A stretch of DNA of 56,972 nt, from the IMG/VR virus record IMGVR_UViG_3300018839_000093, positions 1 to 56,972 of that record. One strand, 5' to 3'. This stretch comes from a virus. Taxonomy: Duplodnaviria > Caudoviricetes. Positions 54,553 to 56,972 of this stretch are shown piece after piece (position 1 is the stretch's first letter; the number at the start of each line of letters is the position of its first letter). The translations under genes and the position numbers were made by a program. The notes beneath the pieces are model-generated. The model did not search any database. It was not told the origin of the DNA and saw only the letters and a program-made list of their open reading frames with translations.

Positions 54553-56972
54553 AGGCGATTAAGTTAAGCGACTATTTTGCCTATCAGCGCAATAAAATCG
54601 TAACCTTCCGCATTATACCGCATATTGGCTTGACGAATAATACAAATGCAAAACTTTGGCGGACGCTTCATCGCATGTACGAAATGTACGATAAGCTACC
54701 GTCGCGCCTGCAACGAAAAGGCTTTCGATTTACTTTGCGGGAAAAAGATACGATATGGTTCGATATTGTTTTTCGCAAAGATAACGTGGAATTTTACGCA
54801 AGTACGACGGAAATATGGGCGAGGAAATTCCGCGACGTTTTGGAACAGCGCATGCGCGTTAAGGTGGAGCCGACGGATAGCGAGCGTTTGCAGATTCCGC
54901 AAGAATCGAATTTGTACGAAGTAAAACTCGCGCGCCATAACATATTTTCGCTCGGCATAGATTTAACGGAACAAACGAGTCCAATTGGCGCTATTATGAG
55001 CGTATTGGACGAAATGGAAGCCGACGAAGATTTCGCGCGTTTAAGCGTCTGTACCGAAACGTTTGACCGCAAGAAATGGGCGAAACAAGCCGAATGGGCG
55101 CATGAAAAGCTATCGAAAGGGAAAGTGCCTGCCCGTGCTAAATTCAGCGTCAGAAAGGCGTCCAATGCGTCTAAACGTGCGCTAGTTACGCTGATAAATG
55201 AGATATACGGCGTGATTAACGATATGATTACCGCCATTAGCAACGTATTCTTTAAAAGCGATAAAGCGGTCGATAATAAGCCAGCGCTCGAACAGACGAA
55301 TCAGCTAGTCGAGGAAATTAATTCAAATAAACTATCGGCGCGGACCATCGCTAAATCGAATCAGCCCGTTTGGCGCACGCACATGCGGATTGCGACCTAC
55401 TCGCCTTCTAAATTACGCGCGGACTTAATGGCGAATACGCTGGCCAGCGCTTATGCGGAAATAGCGGGCGATAATGAACTGAACGCCGTAAAAATACGCT
55501 TTAAAGCGGTTCGTCGCGAATTGAACGAGTTTAGATTGTCGGCTAGGACGCGGAATGATCCGGACGTTTCGCTGCTATCATGCGAGGAATTGGCGAAGGT
55601 TAGCCTGCAATTACCGACCGCCATCGTTCAGCAACGTTTTGAAACGGCGCTACAAGTGAATCGCAAAATTGAAGCGGAAGTGCCTGCGGTATTTAAAAGC
55701 GATAGTGGACTTTTAGTAGGGCATAACGAAAAGCAACCGATATATTTGCCGACGCGCAATCCGAACGAGTTTTATCGCGGCTATGTATTTGCGGGCGAAA
55801 TGGGCGTCGGCAAAGATACGGCGATTCAAAATTTCGTCGTCGAAGGCAATTTGCGCCATAATATATCGTTTTTAATTATCGACCAGGTAAACAAGGAAGG
55901 CGCGCAAGGCATGGCGAACGGCATCCGCGACAGTTTACCGCCCGACCGCATAATTGATTTAGATTTTAGCGACGAGAATTATTTGCCTCCGTTGGACTTG
56001 ACGGAAGTGCTGGCGAAATTAGGAAGGCGTGGCGCTGATCGGTTTGCCAACGAACTAATCGACTTTTTTGACGTAGCCGACATGGCGCAGACTAAATCGC
56101 TATTGAGGACGGCTGCGCAAGCGAGCGGCGGAAGTTTGTACGAAACAAAGCGCATTATCGAATCGGACGAATATCGGCTAGCGCTTGCGGATAAATTGGC
56201 GGATAGCCAGCCGTTAGTCGCTTATGAATTGCGCAAATATGGCGAAAGTTTAGCCCGCAATAAAGCCGAGCCAATACTATCGCGCTTGGACGACTTTTTC
56301 GGCGATAGCACGCTCAATGCGATATTTTCGCAACCGCCCCGCAAGGAACTCGACTTTGAGCGGTTTATGCGCGAGGGCAAAGTCGTGCTTATCCGCGTGC
56401 CTGACCGAATCTTATCAACGGTTGCCGTCCGCACGCTCGTACATTGGATTACGTTAAAGGCGCTTATGACGCGACTACTTATGGCGAACGACGATCAAGC
56501 TAACGGAGCCTTTATCGTCTATAATGAGCCGCAGACCTATTTGAACGATGGCTTGTCACGCTTGATTGCGCGGATAGCAACGCAAGGGCGCAAGGAACGG
56601 CTCGGCGCGTTAATTGCCGTCCAATATTTCGAGCAGTTAGGCAAGCTGACGAAAGATTTAACGGGTGGAGGCGTCAATTGGTTCTTATTCCGCAGCGGCG
56701 AGCGTAAAATATACGAGGAATTAAAGCATAGGCTTGAACCGCAGGTGACCGTAGAAGAAGCGCTGGCAACCGAGCGATACCATGCGTTATGCCTGCTTAA
56801 TTTTGCCGGAAGGCCGCAGCCGCCATTTCTAGCGCGCATGCTACCGCCAAGCTACGAGCGTTATGATGCGCATGACAATTCGTTTTTGACGCGGAGGCAT
56901 GCACGGCAATATGGTCGTCATTGGGCGGAGATAGAACGCTTATTAATCGAGAGGGTGATGGCGAATGAATAA
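54534..56972 (+). CDS. VirB4/TraD/HerA-like P-loop ATPase
   Basis: GEMGVGKDT, GKVVLI, FIVYNEPQ, QGRKERLG...QYFEQL. Confidence 0.75.
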   Translation: MATKRIKAIKLSDYFAYQRNKIVTFRIIPHIGLTNNTNAKLWRTLHRMYEMYDKLPSRLQRKGFRFTLREKDTIWFDIVFRKDNVEFYASTTEIWARKFRDVLEQRMRVKVEPTDSERLQIPQESNLYEVKLARHNIFSLGIDLTEQTSPIGAIMSVLDEMEADEDFARLSVCTETFDRKKWAKQAEWAHEKLSKGKVPARAKFSVRKASNASKRALVTLINEIYGVINDMITAISNVFFKSDKAVDNKPALEQTNQLVEEINSNKLSARTIAKSNQPVWRTHMRIATYSPSKLRADLMANTLASAYAEIAGDNELNAVKIRFKAVRRELNEFRLSARTRNDPDVSLLSCEELAKVSLQLPTAIVQQRFETALQVNRKIEAEVPAVFKSDSGLLVGHNEKQPIYLPTRNPNEFYRGYVFAGEMGVGKDTAIQNFVVEGNLRHNISFLIIDQVNKEGAQGMANGIRDSLPPDRIIDLDFSDENYLPPLDLTEVLAKLGRRGADRFANELIDFFDVADMAQTKSLLRTAAQASGGSLYETKRIIESDEYRLALADKLADSQPLVAYELRKYGESLARNKAEPILSRLDDFFGDSTLNAIFSQPPRKELDFERFMREGKVVLIRVPDRILSTVAVRTLVHWITLKALMTRLLMANDDQANGAFIVYNEPQTYLNDGLSRLIARIATQGRKERLGALIAVQYFEQLGKLTKDLTGGGVNWFLFRSGERKIYEELKHRLEPQVTVEEALATERYHALCLLNFAGRPQPPFLARMLPPSYERYDAHDNSFLTRRHARQYGRHWAEIERLLIERVMANE

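Noticed and set aside
1-56972. Integrase, att sites, LexA boxes, DGR or retron reverse transcriptase
   Set aside because: None recognised by eye; the absence applies only to this window, which may not cover the whole genome

Overview
Most or all of a temperate Bacillaceae siphophage genome, almost entirely on the + strand. Order: early/replication genes (HTH initiator with iteron origin, DnaC-like loader, DnaB-like helicase, primase); a control block (two XRE regulators, arbitrium-like AimR plus an unannotated AimP pro-peptide, sigma-like factor); a ~450-nt structured non-coding region before an SSB-like gene; PolA, nucleases, a class II RNR split by a group I intron with an HNH endonuclease, PhoH, dUTPase, ThyX, dNMP kinase and two methyltransferase-like genes; a second HTH/iteron module; a Bacillus dif-like site; head, tail and lysis genes; and a ParM/ParR-like pair with a membrane protein/ATPase module. 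No integrase, tRNA or CRISPR array is visible. The window ends at a stop codon, so genes may be missing, but ParM, dif and the iteron origins suggest a phage-plasmid. The most unusual items are a two-cysteine AimP peptide, the large switch- and pseudoknot-capable RNA, conserved motifs bracketing small AT-rich genes (integron-like cassettes), twin origin modules, an acr-aca-like operon and Spo0A boxes before the primase gene. All calls come from motif reading by eye; no database searches were run.
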